Shown one piece after another: positions 20,776 through 30,157 of a stretch of 64,000 bases of DNA (the first letter of the stretch is position 1; each line of letters begins with the position of its first letter). Source of the stretch: an uncultured Actinomycetes bacterium. Its GTDB lineage: Bacteria; Actinomycetota; UBA4738; HRBIN12. Where the stretch lies: positions 163,810 to 227,809 of the forward strand of contig CAVQKV010000004.1 in NCBI GenBank assembly GCA_963713185.1. Reading direction: 5' to 3'. The position numbers and the translations under genes were made by a program. The notes beneath the pieces were generated by a model. It saw only the letters and a list, made by a program, of their open reading frames with translations, was not told the DNA's origin and ran no database searches.

Positions 20776-23286
20776 CTACGCCCCGGTAGAGCCCGTCGGT
20801 GCGGTGTCCGAGACGGTCGGAGCGCCCGCGGATCGCGCCGCCGACGGTTCCGTCGCCTGAGCCCGGGCGCGCCGGCTCCTCACGATCTCGAACGTCAACA
20901 CCCCGAGGAACCCGAGCCAGGCGAGAGCCGACAGCGCGAGCCCCCGGGCGATCGCGGGTTCCCGGTAGGTGAGGTTGACCTCGTGGCGGCCGGGCGGGAG
21001 CGAGACCCCCTGGAGGAACCCGTCGGTGCGTAGGACCGGCACGTCTCGACCGTCGAGCGTTGCCGACCATCCCTCGTCCCACGCGTTCCGGACGACCAGG
21101 ATCGACGGGACGGCCGCCTCGGCCCGGATGCGAACGTCCTCGGGACCCACCTCGCGGTAGTCGGCGGTCCCGGCGGCGCCGCCGGGGGTCGAGGTCGAGC
21201 CGGGATCGGACTCGAGCACGGCGACCTCGGCCGGGTCGAATCCCGGGCCCAGGACCGCATCCAGCGCCGACGCCCGGTCGTCGACGACCTGCCAGGAGGG
21301 AACGACCGATGCGCGTGGCTCGGCCCCATCGATCTCGATGAGCCGGTACGCCCCCTCGGTGGCGACGGTTCGGCCGGACAGGCCGGCCGGCAGGGAGATC
21401 TCCTGCAGCGTGATCAGGTAGCGGGCGCCGAGGAGCCGAAGGTCGACCAGGGTCGGCACCTGGACCACCGCGGCGTTGTAGAAGACGGGCAGCCGGTTGG
21501 TGGCGTGGACGAACGACCAGTACCCGGGGATCTGGACGGGGGAGTAGCCGAGCGTGTCCGGGACCTCGAACAGGACCGAGCGGCCGATCAGCAGGGCCGG
21601 CCAATCGGACTCCTTCCGCGTGAACAGGTACCCCTTGTTGAAGTACGCGTCCGGAGGGATCCAGGCGAGGTAGCGCCCGTCCGCCCGCCCCGTTCGCCGG
21701 ATCGCGCGAGCGATGGCTCCCGGCTCCAGGTAGTCGTGGAGGTTCACGTCGGGCCATCGGAGCGGGGCCGCGACCAGCGCGGGGTTGTCCCCGGTCTCGA
21801 GCCCCAGGTACACGGTCCCGCCCCGGTAGACCGAGGACCACGCGGCGCCGGCCAGGAGCTCGGCGCACAGGACCGCGCAGATCGCGACCGGCGCCCAGCG
21901 CCGGCCGCGCGACAGCGCCCACACCGCGCCGATCACGGCTGCCGATGCGATCGCGAAGATCGTCAGCCGACCGAAGCGCGCGCCCATGAGCAGGGGGAAG
22001 GCGAGGAAGACGGCCAGGCCGGCGCCGATCCATCGCATCGCGTCCGCGAACCGCGGCCGCTCGTCCAGCAACCATTGGATCCCCACAGCGCCGAGCGCCG
22101 GCACGATCAGGAACGCGAGGTACCGCAACCGGCTCGGGTTGTGCAGGTAGACGTCGCCGAACGGGAGCGTTCGGACGAACGAGCGGAACCACCCGGCGCC
22201 GACGAGGAGCGTGTTGGTCAGCAGGTACGCGACGACCGCCACGGCCGCGAGGGAGGCGACGAGGTACCGGCGCGCGGCGTCGCGGAGCGCGAACGGCACG
22301 AAGAGCAGGATGGCCGCCCCCAGGTACCCGCCGGGGGTGGAGGCGAGCGCGAGCGGCCATGCCCCCCAGATGCCCGTCGTCGGGATCGGCAGGTCCTCGG
22401 TCGTGGCGGACGCGCGCGCGACGGTGCCCTGGATGGCGCCGTACCCGTCGGCCAGGCTCGAGCGCGCGAGGACCGCGAAGTGGGGGACGAGGACCGCGAG
22501 GTTCGCGAGCGGCAGGAAGGCGAGGAAGGCGACCGACAGCCCGACGGCGCCACCCGGTCGCAGGTTGCCCCGACGGCTCTCTCGGAGTGCGCGCGCCACC
22601 ACGTAGGCGACGACGAGACCGGTCGCCATCACCAGGCCGTGCGACAGATGCGCCGTGGCGACCTGCCCCCATGCGAACGCGGCGAGCCCGAGCCACGCGA
22701 GACGCCGCCATCCCGCCCGTCCGAAGAACCCGGATGCGCCCGTGAGGAGGAACGGCGTCCAGGCGAGCGTGCCGGCGAACGGGAGGCTGACGGCCAGGAT
22801 CGAGGCGGACACGGCCATCGCGAGCGAGAGCCCCCCGGCCGTCGAGGCGATCCGTCCGAGCCCCTCCTTCCGCAGGAACAAGAACAGGCCGAGGCCCGCG
22901 AGGATGGGGTTCAGCACGATCAGCGCCCGGAGCCCGCCGCCGCAGCCGAACAGCAGGGAGGTGGCCATCGTTGGCAGGGAGAGCCACCCGCTCTGGGGGT
23001 CGGCGGCGAACCACGTTCCCGACATCTCGAACGGGTTCCACAGGGGGACGTGGCCGTCGGCGATCGCCCGCCCGAGCATGCAGGAGCGCGGGAGCCAGAA
23101 GGACAGGATGTCGGGGTGTTGGTCCGACAGGTTCGGCAGGAAGGCGATGCCCCGCAACGCGATCAGGACCGACCCCACGATCAGGGTGGGCCCCGCGGCG
23201 GCGTTCACCCACCGCCGGACCGTCGACGGCGAGGGAGGCTCATCGGCGCGCGTGGGTTCGCGCTGCGCGCGCGTCGTCGTCTCCAT
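20776..23286 (-). CDS. YfhO-family polytopic membrane protein (putative glycosyl-transfer/lipid-linked glycan function)
   Basis: 836 aa with many TM helices in the first ~480 aa, then a large extracytoplasmic C-terminal domain ending in a final TM helix. This is the typical YfhO architecture. Confidence 0.75.
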   Translation of the reverse strand: METTTRAQREPTRADEPPSPSTVRRWVNAAAGPTLIVGSVLIALRGIAFLPNLSDQHPDILSFWLPRSCMLGRAIADGHVPLWNPFEMSGTWFAADPQSGWLSLPTMATSLLFGCGGGLRALIVLNPILAGLGLFLFLRKEGLGRIASTAGGLSLAMAVSASILAVSLPFAGTLAWTPFLLTGASGFFGRAGWRRLAWLGLAAFAWGQVATAHLSHGLVMATGLVVAYVVARALRESRRGNLRPGGAVGLSVAFLAFLPLANLAVLVPHFAVLARSSLADGYGAIQGTVARASATTEDLPIPTTGIWGAWPLALASTPGGYLGAAILLFVPFALRDAARRYLVASLAAVAVVAYLLTNTLLVGAGWFRSFVRTLPFGDVYLHNPSRLRYLAFLIVPALGAVGIQWLLDERPRFADAMRWIGAGLAVFLAFPLLMGARFGRLTIFAIASAAVIGAVWALSRGRRWAPVAICAVLCAELLAGAAWSSVYRGGTVYLGLETGDNPALVAAPLRWPDVNLHDYLEPGAIARAIRRTGRADGRYLAWIPPDAYFNKGYLFTRKESDWPALLIGRSVLFEVPDTLGYSPVQIPGYWSFVHATNRLPVFYNAAVVQVPTLVDLRLLGARYLITLQEISLPAGLSGRTVATEGAYRLIEIDGAEPRASVVPSWQVVDDRASALDAVLGPGFDPAEVAVLESDPGSTSTPGGAAGTADYREVGPEDVRIRAEAAVPSILVVRNAWDEGWSATLDGRDVPVLRTDGFLQGVSLPPGRHEVNLTYREPAIARGLALSALAWLGFLGVLTFEIVRSRRARAQATEPSAARSAGAPTVSDTAPTGSTGA

Positions 23287-23383
23287 CGCCTCAGGCTACC
23301 GAGGCAGCTTCGTTCCTGTTGGCGAGGGGGTCTGTTAGACTCCGCGCCGGTTCGGCCCGCTCGGATCCCTCAGGACCCCAGTC

Positions 23384-24061
23384 ATGATCAGTCTTCAGCA
23401 TGTCACCAAGGTCTACCGGAACGGCACGACCGCGCTCGAGGACGTCACCGTCGAGGTGGAGAAGGGCGAGTTCGTCTTCATCGTCGGTCAGTCCGGTTCC
23501 GGCAAGAGCACGTTCATCCGTCTCCTGCTGAAAGAGGAGGAGGCCACCAAGGGTGACATCTACGTGGCCGGCAAGAACCTGGCCAAGCTCACGACGTGGA
23601 AGGTACCGCACCTGCGACGCAACATCGGAACGGTGTTCCAGGACTTCAAGCTCCTGCAGGACAAGACCGTGTTCGAGAACGTGGCGTTCGCGCTCGAGGT
23701 GATCGGCAAGCCCAAGCACGTGATCGACCAGCGCGTGCCCGAGATCCTCGAGCTGGTGGGGCTCGGCGACAAGCTCAACAACTTCCCGGACGAGCTCTCG
23801 GGCGGCGAGCAGCAGCGCGTCTCGATCGCGCGCGCCTGCGTGAACCGGCCGCTCGTGCTCCTGGCCGACGAGCCCACGGGCAACCTCGACCCTTCCACGT
23901 CGGTCGAGATCATGCGCCTGCTCGACAAGGTGAACCGGATCGGCACCACGGTGTGCATGGCGACCCACGACCAGGCGATCGTGGATGCGATGCGCCGCCG
24001 CGTGATCGAGCTCGACAAGGGCAAGGTCATCCGCGACCAGGCCCGCGGGGTCTACAGCTAG
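23384..24061 (+). CDS. ftsE: Cell division ATP-binding protein FtsE
   Basis: Walker [10 protein letters not shown], signature LSGGEQQRV, Walker [12 protein letters not shown]. Followed by ftsX. Confidence 0.95.
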   Translation: MISLQHVTKVYRNGTTALEDVTVEVEKGEFVFIVGQSGSGKSTFIRLLLKEEEATKGDIYVAGKNLAKLTTWKVPHLRRNIGTVFQDFKLLQDKTVFENVAFALEVIGKPKHVIDQRVPEILELVGLGDKLNNFPDELSGGEQQRVSIARACVNRPLVLLADEPTGNLDPSTSVEIMRLLDKVNRIGTTVCMATHDQAIVDAMRRRVIELDKGKVIRDQARGVYS

Positions 24062-24936
24062 TGGCGAGGTTCGAGTACCTGTTCCGCGAGACCACGTCGG
24101 GTCTGCGGCGGAACGGCCTGGTGGCGTTCGCCGCGATCTCGACGACCTTCATCGCGCTGTTCCTGTTCGGGCTCTCGCTGCTGATCTCCCGGCAAGTGAG
24201 CCTGATGATCGAGGCGACGACCGGCAACGTCGAGGTCGCCGTCTACCTCACCGATCCGGTCAACCCCGACACCGTCAGGTCCCTCACCGAGACGCTGAAC
24301 GAGCTCGACGTGGTCGCGAACGTCGACTACGAGGACAAGCAGGAGGCGTGCGATCGCTTCCGCACGCTGTTCGCCGAACAGGAGGCGCTCGTCAACAACG
24401 TGGACTGCGACGCCCTCCCGGCCTCGCTGCGGGTCAAGATGGAGGACCCGGAGCAGTACTCGCAGGTCGCCGCGGTCCTCAAGGGCCAGCCGGGGATCGA
24501 CCAGATCGTCGACCAGAGCGCGTTCCTGGACCGGCTGTTCGCGGTCACCCGGGTGTTCCGGGTGGGTGTGCTGCTGGTCGCGTTCGTGATGCTGGTGTCG
24601 GCGTCGATCCTGATCGCGAACACCGTTCGGATGGGGCTGTTCGCACGACGCAAGGAGATCGGGATCATGAAGCTGGTGGGTGCGACCAACTGGCGGATCC
24701 GCCTGCCGTTCCTGGTCGAAGGGCTGTTCGAGAGCCTGATCGGAGCGATCGCCGCCATCCTGTTCCTGTTCGCCATCAAGGTGGCGTTCATCGAGCCGCT
24801 CAACGAGTCGGTGCAGTTCATCCCGTGGGTCGTGAACAAGGACCTGATCGCCATCGTCCCGATCCTGCTGGTCGCCGGGGCGCTCGTCGCGCTCGTCGCC
24901 GGCCTCGTCGGGATGCGGCGCTTCCTCGACGTCTGA
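24061..24936 (+). CDS. ftsX: Cell division permease-like protein FtsX
   Basis: The GTG overlaps the ftsE stop (TAGTG). FtsX N-terminus: FEYLFRETTSGLRRNG. Four TM segments. MKLVGATNWRIRLPF block. Confidence 0.92.
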   Translation: MARFEYLFRETTSGLRRNGLVAFAAISTTFIALFLFGLSLLISRQVSLMIEATTGNVEVAVYLTDPVNPDTVRSLTETLNELDVVANVDYEDKQEACDRFRTLFAEQEALVNNVDCDALPASLRVKMEDPEQYSQVAAVLKGQPGIDQIVDQSAFLDRLFAVTRVFRVGVLLVAFVMLVSASILIANTVRMGLFARRKEIGIMKLVGATNWRIRLPFLVEGLFESLIGAIAAILFLFAIKVAFIEPLNESVQFIPWVVNKDLIAIVPILLVAGALVALVAGLVGMRRFLDV

Positions 24937-24956
24937 CCCCGGCGGCCCAGCCACCC

Positions 24957-25433
24957 ATGAGCCCCAAGGGCGACGCGGAAGGCCAGAAGACCGTCGTCTC
25001 CAACCGCCGGGCCCGGCACGACTTCGAGATCCTCGAGCGGTACGAGGCGGGCATCGTGCTCACCGGCGCCGAGGTGAAGTCGCTGCGCGGCGGGCGGGGG
25101 TCGCTCGCCGAGGCGTACGGCCGGGTGCGGGGCGACGAGGTCTGGCTCGAGGGCATGCACATCCCCCCGTACGAGCAGGCGATGGACAAGGCTCGGTGGG
25201 AGCCGACCCGGGCCCGCAAGCTCCTGCTCCACCGAAAGGAGATCGAGCGCCTGATCGGCAAGACGGCCGAGAAGGGCCTCGCGCTGATCCCGCTCCGGGT
25301 GTACTTCTCGCACGGGTTGGCCAAGGTCGAACTCGGGCTGGGGCGCGGCAAGCGGCAGTTCGAGAAGCGCCAGGCGATCGCCGAGCGGGAGCACCGGCGC
25401 GAGATGGAGCGCGAGGCGGGTCGGCGCCGGTAG
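24957..25433 (+). CDS. smpB: SsrA-binding protein SmpB
   Basis: NRRARHDFEILERYEAGIVLTGAEVKSLR...HIPPY...RKLLLHRKEI...GLALIPLRVYF is canonical SmpB. Confidence 0.95.
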   Translation: MSPKGDAEGQKTVVSNRRARHDFEILERYEAGIVLTGAEVKSLRGGRGSLAEAYGRVRGDEVWLEGMHIPPYEQAMDKARWEPTRARKLLLHRKEIERLIGKTAEKGLALIPLRVYFSHGLAKVELGLGRGKRQFEKRQAIAEREHRREMEREAGRRR

Positions 25434-25463
25434 CGCTCGTATACTTCCTGCACAACCGCATAT

Positions 25464-25817
25464 GGGGGTGTACTGGCTTCGACCTGAGCGAGAACCGTTC
25501 AGGGGAAGCGGGCCGAGGTCCCCGGATGCCTCGCTAAAAGCCGGGACCAACACAAGCGCCGATAACGATTACGCGCTCGCTGCCTAGGTAGCTAGGTAGC
25601 CGTCCCCTCCCGGTCGCCTGCGACGGGAGGATGGGCGTCGTGAGCAGGCTCACGGAGGTGGCTCCGCCCGGGGGCCGCCGCCGGACATCGCACCCGGGCT
25701 GGCCGAGAGGTCCTCCGCCGGTGGGAGCCTCGAGGCGAGATCTCCCCGCCGGCTGCGCCCGGAGAAGCCCTGATCGGTCGCCCGGGGACGGGGGTTCGAA
25801 TCCCCCCACCTCCACCA
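25464..25817 (+). ncRNA. ssrA: tmRNA (SsrA)
   Basis: 5' GGGGGTGTACTGGCTTCGAC. 3' GGACGGGGGTTCGAATCCCCCCACCTCCACCA. The acceptor stem pairs 5' GGGGGUG with 3' CACCUCC and includes a G3:U pair. The tag ORF ends ...GATAACGATTACGCGCTCGCTGCCTAG, encoding ...DNDYALAA*. Confidence 0.93.
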
Positions 25818-25852
25818 GATGTCCAGTGCCGACCGCCGGCTCGGGTCTGTGA

Positions 25853-27095
25853 TCAGGCCGCGATCATCGTGCTCCGCCAGCCGTGCAGGCGATCCGCGTG
25901 ATGGCCGGGCGTCAACACCAAGTGGTTTCCCAGCGGTCGCGTGAGCAGGTCCGCGACGGATCCGCGGCTGAGCTCTACCTCCAGCTGGGTCCGGCACAGG
26001 CCCTCGCGCGGCTCCGTCGCAAGCGATGTCCCTTCCGCGAGCCACAGCTCCTGCATGCGCGCGCCGCCGATCCGGACGAGCGTGACGTCGCCGGGAGGGA
26101 TGTCTCCCGAGAGCCCGACCCCGAGACCGGATTCGAAGTGCGTTCGCAGTCGGTAGCCATCGACGATCGCCCTCGGCACCGTGCAGTGCGCGATCAGCAG
26201 CGTGTTCCGGCCCTCGTCGACCTGCGCGGGATTGGCCATCCACGGGATCGGACCGAGGAGACGGTGGATCCACAGCATCGCCACGGTGCTGACGAGATCC
26301 CCCTCGCAGCCCGCGATGACCCCCTCGTCGTTCAGCTCCGCGAGCGCGAGGCAGCTCGAGGTGCGGAGCTCGGTGATGAGATCGAAGCAGCGCACGGTGA
26401 GCGCGTCGAGCCGTTCGGTCTCGACGATCTCCCGGAGGACGGGATACACGCGAGATGCCTCGTCGATCTGCGCGGCGCCCGGCCCGTCGATCGAGCCCGC
26501 CCCTTCCGAGACGGACGAGGCGAGCGCCGTGACGGGAACGCGCGAGTGACGCCGAATGACCTCGGCCACGTCGAGCCGGACGACCTGTGGTCCCCACGTC
26601 TCCTGCACGACCTCGGGCGCCGGGCTGCTCGCGACCAGCCAGTCCGAGGGCTCGCCGATCAAGCCGATCCGCGCGTCGAGCATCGAGCGTCGGACCGCGA
26701 GGTCTCGGACGGCATCGTTCAGGTGCCCGAGACCCTCGGCGTCTCCCGGACCTCGGAGATACACGATCCTGCCCCTGCCGCCGAGCTGATGGACACGGGC
26801 GAGCGTCTCGAGTGCCGCGGGCAACGAGTTCTGAGCCGGGTGGGCGACGAGGAGCGTCGGCTCGCCGGGCTCGTGCTCGGTCCGCCGCCGCCGGAGTTCC
26901 AGCAGTCGCGTCTCGGTTCCCCCGGTCAGCACGACGTACAGCAACGGTCGAGCGCCCGCGACGTCGTCCTCGCTCGCGCGCTCTCCGCCGATGCGCTCGA
27001 GCGAGGGCTGAGAGCGTCCCGAGCAGCGCGTCGAGGGAGGTCGGGTCGTGGAGCGGCGAGGCGACGGGGATCCATCGGAACGTCGGCATCGGCAC
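25853..27095 (-). pseudogene. L-fucose/L-arabinose isomerase-like protein, with an apparent frameshift near 27010
   Basis: The 363-aa ORF contains LTVRCFDL...CLALAELNDEGVIAGCEGDLVSTVAMLW. A plausible N-terminus (MPMPTFRWIPVASPLHDPTSLDALLGTL) lies in another frame starting at 27095. The family assignment is moderate. Confidence 0.55.
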
Positions 27096-27235
27096 TTCCT
27101 CGTCGAGGTCGAGGCCAGTGCACCACCGATCCGAAGGGCCGATGAGGGCGGAAGGACCTGCGGGCTCCCGGTCGAACGACCGGCGAGGCCGTTACGCGGA
27201 GGCAGCGGGACTTGGGACGCCCTCCGGCTCGACCG

Positions 27236-27643
27236 CTACGAGCCGGTCTCGATCCGAGCAGCCCTCGGCGTTGCCCGGACGCGAAGGCGATCCCCGGTTC
27301 CGAACCCGGTGTGAGCGACCACGACCGGGATCGTCGTCCCGTAGAGCTCGCGCGCGACGATCGCGCCGAGCGCGAGGATCGGGTCCGCCTCGCCGAGGAC
27401 GATCGCGGCGGGCGCGGTCCGGGCGCGGATCGCCTCGGCGAGCACGGTCGAGGACGAGCTCGAGCCCCGTCCGGACGGCAGCACCAGGATCCGGCCGGCC
27501 ACGTTCGCGCCGTGCTGCGGGTGCCGGGGGTCGACGATGTCGCCGGTCCCGGGGTCGATGCCGCCCCAGAACGAGAGGGGCTCTTCCAGGACGAGCGCCG
27601 TACCCGTCGCCGAACCCGTGACCAGGGTTCGCGCGTCAGCCAT
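27236..27643 (-). CDS. Aconitase X swivel-domain subunit (DUF126, AcnX small subunit)
   Basis: MADARTLVTGSATGTALVLEEPLSFWGGIDPGTGDIVD..HP..G.....ILVLPSGRGSSSSS is the characteristic DUF126 pattern. The start overlaps the large-subunit stop by 8 nt. Confidence 0.8.
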   Translation of the reverse strand: MADARTLVTGSATGTALVLEEPLSFWGGIDPGTGDIVDPRHPQHGANVAGRILVLPSGRGSSSSSTVLAEAIRARTAPAAIVLGEADPILALGAIVARELYGTTIPVVVAHTGFGTGDRLRVRATPRAARIETGS

Positions 27644-28896
27644 CGGCCCACAGCGTCTCATCGAGCAGGACACGACCCGCGACCGCGGACCGGACGCACT
27701 CCTCGAGCCCCGCGATCACCACGTCGACGCCGACGTTCGCGGGCGCGTACCAGGCCCACTTCCCCGAATCGGTCATCACCACCCCGTCGACCGCGTCCAT
27801 GACGGGGGCGATGTAGGTGCACGTGTCGGAGACGATCCGCACGCCGGTGGTTCCGAGCGACGAGACCAGGCCCCGTTCCTCCGCCGCGGCGAGCACGTCC
27901 CGCCCGACGTTCACGTAGACGGGAACCACGGGCTCGTCCGTACCGAGGAGACCTGCCAGCCGTTCGAGCTCAGCGAGCGAGGCGTGCGGGGTCCCGACGC
28001 TCACCGCCCCGAGCGGCCCATCCGGCGCCGTACTGAGCTCGTCGCGGGCCTCGCGGAGCCGATCCATCGTGACGACCACCGTGGGGATCTCGTTGCCGCC
28101 GGTCGCGGCCTCCAGCGTCGGCGCCTCGGGCGTGACGCCGACCGCGTGGAACATCGCGACCGAGCCGGACGACGCAGCCGCGGCGCCGAGCGCCTTCAGC
28201 CGGTCCTCCGACGCGCCGGCCGGCAGACCCACGATCGCAGCGACCTCGTTCCCCGCCTTTATGCCGAGGAGGTGCCCGAGCACCGGGTACAGGGCGTCCG
28301 ACGCGAGGAGCCGTCCGGGGATACCCTCAAGCGTGAACGCGACCTGTGCCCGCCGATCCTCGTCCCGGTGCAGTCCGGCCAGCGGCACGCGGCCCGTGAT
28401 CGCCGCGCAGATGTCGATGAAGTCGCCGTAGCGATCCGTGCGGGCGCCGAGGACCGAGTTGCAGAACACGATCGCGTTGGACTCGGCCCACGCGACGTGC
28501 TGTCCGAACGCCGGCCGCTCGGGCAGCTGGTACGGGGCGCAGGTCCACGTGGGCCGGCACCCCATCTCGACGTAGCGGTCCATCTGCCGGCGGGCGTGCG
28601 CGGCGGTCGTCCGGGTCGCCGCGGTGCCGCTCCGGGTGCAACAGGTCGAGGTAGCCCACGTTCAGGGTGGTCGGCACGGTGACCCGCGCCCCGCCGGCGA
28701 CCAGCCGCTCGGCGAACTCCAGGCCCGCGGGCCCGTGGTACAGGCATCCATCGACGTGGGCAGACGTGACGTCGATCAGGCGTTCGGCGCCCACGACGCC
28801 GGCCATCTCGACGACGACGCGCATCGCGAGCGCGGCAGCGTCACCGTGCGCACCCTGGAGGAAGACCCGGTCGCTCTCGGCGAGCTCGACCGGCAC
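27636..28896 (-). pseudogene. Aconitase X catalytic subunit (DUF521, AcnX large subunit), with an apparent frameshift near 28630
   Basis: The N-terminal part (MPVELAESDRVFLQGAHGDAAALAMRVVVEMAG...VTSAHVDGCLY...TLNVGYLDLLHPE) is in the frame of ORF 28327-28896. It continues as ...AAHARRQMDRYVEMGCRPTWTCAPYQL...NAIVFCNSVLGARTDRYG in ORF 27636-28583. Confidence 0.8.
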
Positions 28897-28903
28897 CGGT
28901 GTC

Positions 28904-30089
28904 CTACGCCTGCTTCGCGGCCCGTTCGAAGATCGGGAGCGCTCGCTCCACCATCTCGTCGTTGCCCGTGACCGAGATCCGGAAGCGGCCGGGCATCTCG
29001 ACGACGGCGCCGGGGAGCACGAACACCTTGTCCTCGGCCAGGCGTTCGACGAACGCCTCGTCGTCGGGGTCCGGGCTGGTCGGCAGCAGGTAGAACGTCC
29101 CCTCGGGCGAATGCAGGTCGTAGCCGTACGAGCGGAGCGCCTCCACCATCCGGTCGCGCCGACGCTGCAGGGCCTTAACGTCGACGCTCATCCGCTTCGA
29201 GGTCGCCCATCGCACGCTGCAGGACGTTGCTCGGCGCGGCGTGACCTCCGTACGTGAGCTGGCCGAGCATCAACGCGTCGCGCATGGCCGGCCGGTCCGG
29301 CATCGTCGGCGGGAGCGCGATGTAGCCGCAGCGCTGACCGGGCGTGAGGAGCTGCTTGGCATACGTGTAGACGAGGAACGAGTCCGCGTAGAACTCGGTC
29401 GGGCTGGGGAACGGGCGGTCGTCGAACACGATCCTCGAGTAGGCCTCGTCCGAGATCAGGTAGATCGGCCGGCCGGCGCGCTCGGAGGCTGCCGTGAGCA
29501 CGTCCGCGAGCGCGCGCAGGGTCTCGGGTGGATAGATCTTGCCGCTGGGATTGTTCGGCGAGTTCACGATGATCGCCGATGTACGTTCGGTGATCGCGGC
29601 CTCGATCGCCGGGACGTCCAGGTCCCACGTCTCGTAGTCGACGGCGACCCGCACCGGAGTGGCCTCCCCGCCGAGGATGATTGCCTCGTAGAAGAACCAG
29701 GGCGGCGTGAGGAAGATCACCTCGTCGCCGGGGTCGGTCACCGTTCGGATGCACAGGTTCAGGCCCGCGAACGCGCCGTCGGTCACGAGGATGTCGTCGG
29801 CCTCGAACGGGACCCCTCGCCGCTCGCGGAGGCCCGCGGCCGCGGCCTCCTGTGCGTAGGGCTCGTTGAACTTGTACGCGTACCAGTCCTTGTCCTGCGG
29901 CACGGTCCACCGTTGGAGGGACTCGACGTACTCGGGCAGCACCATCTCCTGCGGGTTGCCCGCGACGAAGTCGCAGGTCTCCGGGTCGGCGGGGTCGCGA
30001 CGGGAGTAGCGGCTGTCGTAGAAGAACCGCCGGAGGCCCTCCTCGACGTCCATCATGCGCTGGAGGCTCTGCGAGAGTCGGTGCGGCAT
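28904..30089 (-). pseudogene. Class I/II PLP-dependent aminotransferase, with an apparent frameshift near 29200
   Basis: ATG 30089 follows GGAGGA. Blocks: IIVNSPNNPSGKIY, YLISDEAYSRIVFD. The C-terminal ~100 aa (MSVDVKALQRRRDRMVEALRSYGYDLHSPEGTFYLLP...) sit in ORF 28904-29215. Confidence 0.8.
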
Positions 30090-30157
30090 CGTGATCCTCC
30101 GTGTGGGTCGACGGGTCCGCGTGTGCGTGGGGCGAACCCTATCACCGGGCGTGTGAG

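Noticed and set aside
18851-23212. 1453-aa minus-strand ORF, plus other very long antisense ORFs (e.g. 654-2327, 5040-6890, 34867-37305, 38354-41191, 60526-63273)
   Set aside because: Their translations are Arg/Pro/Gly/Ala-rich low-complexity sequence with no motifs. Each lies opposite or out of frame to a gene with clear family signatures. They are GC-driven shadow ORFs.
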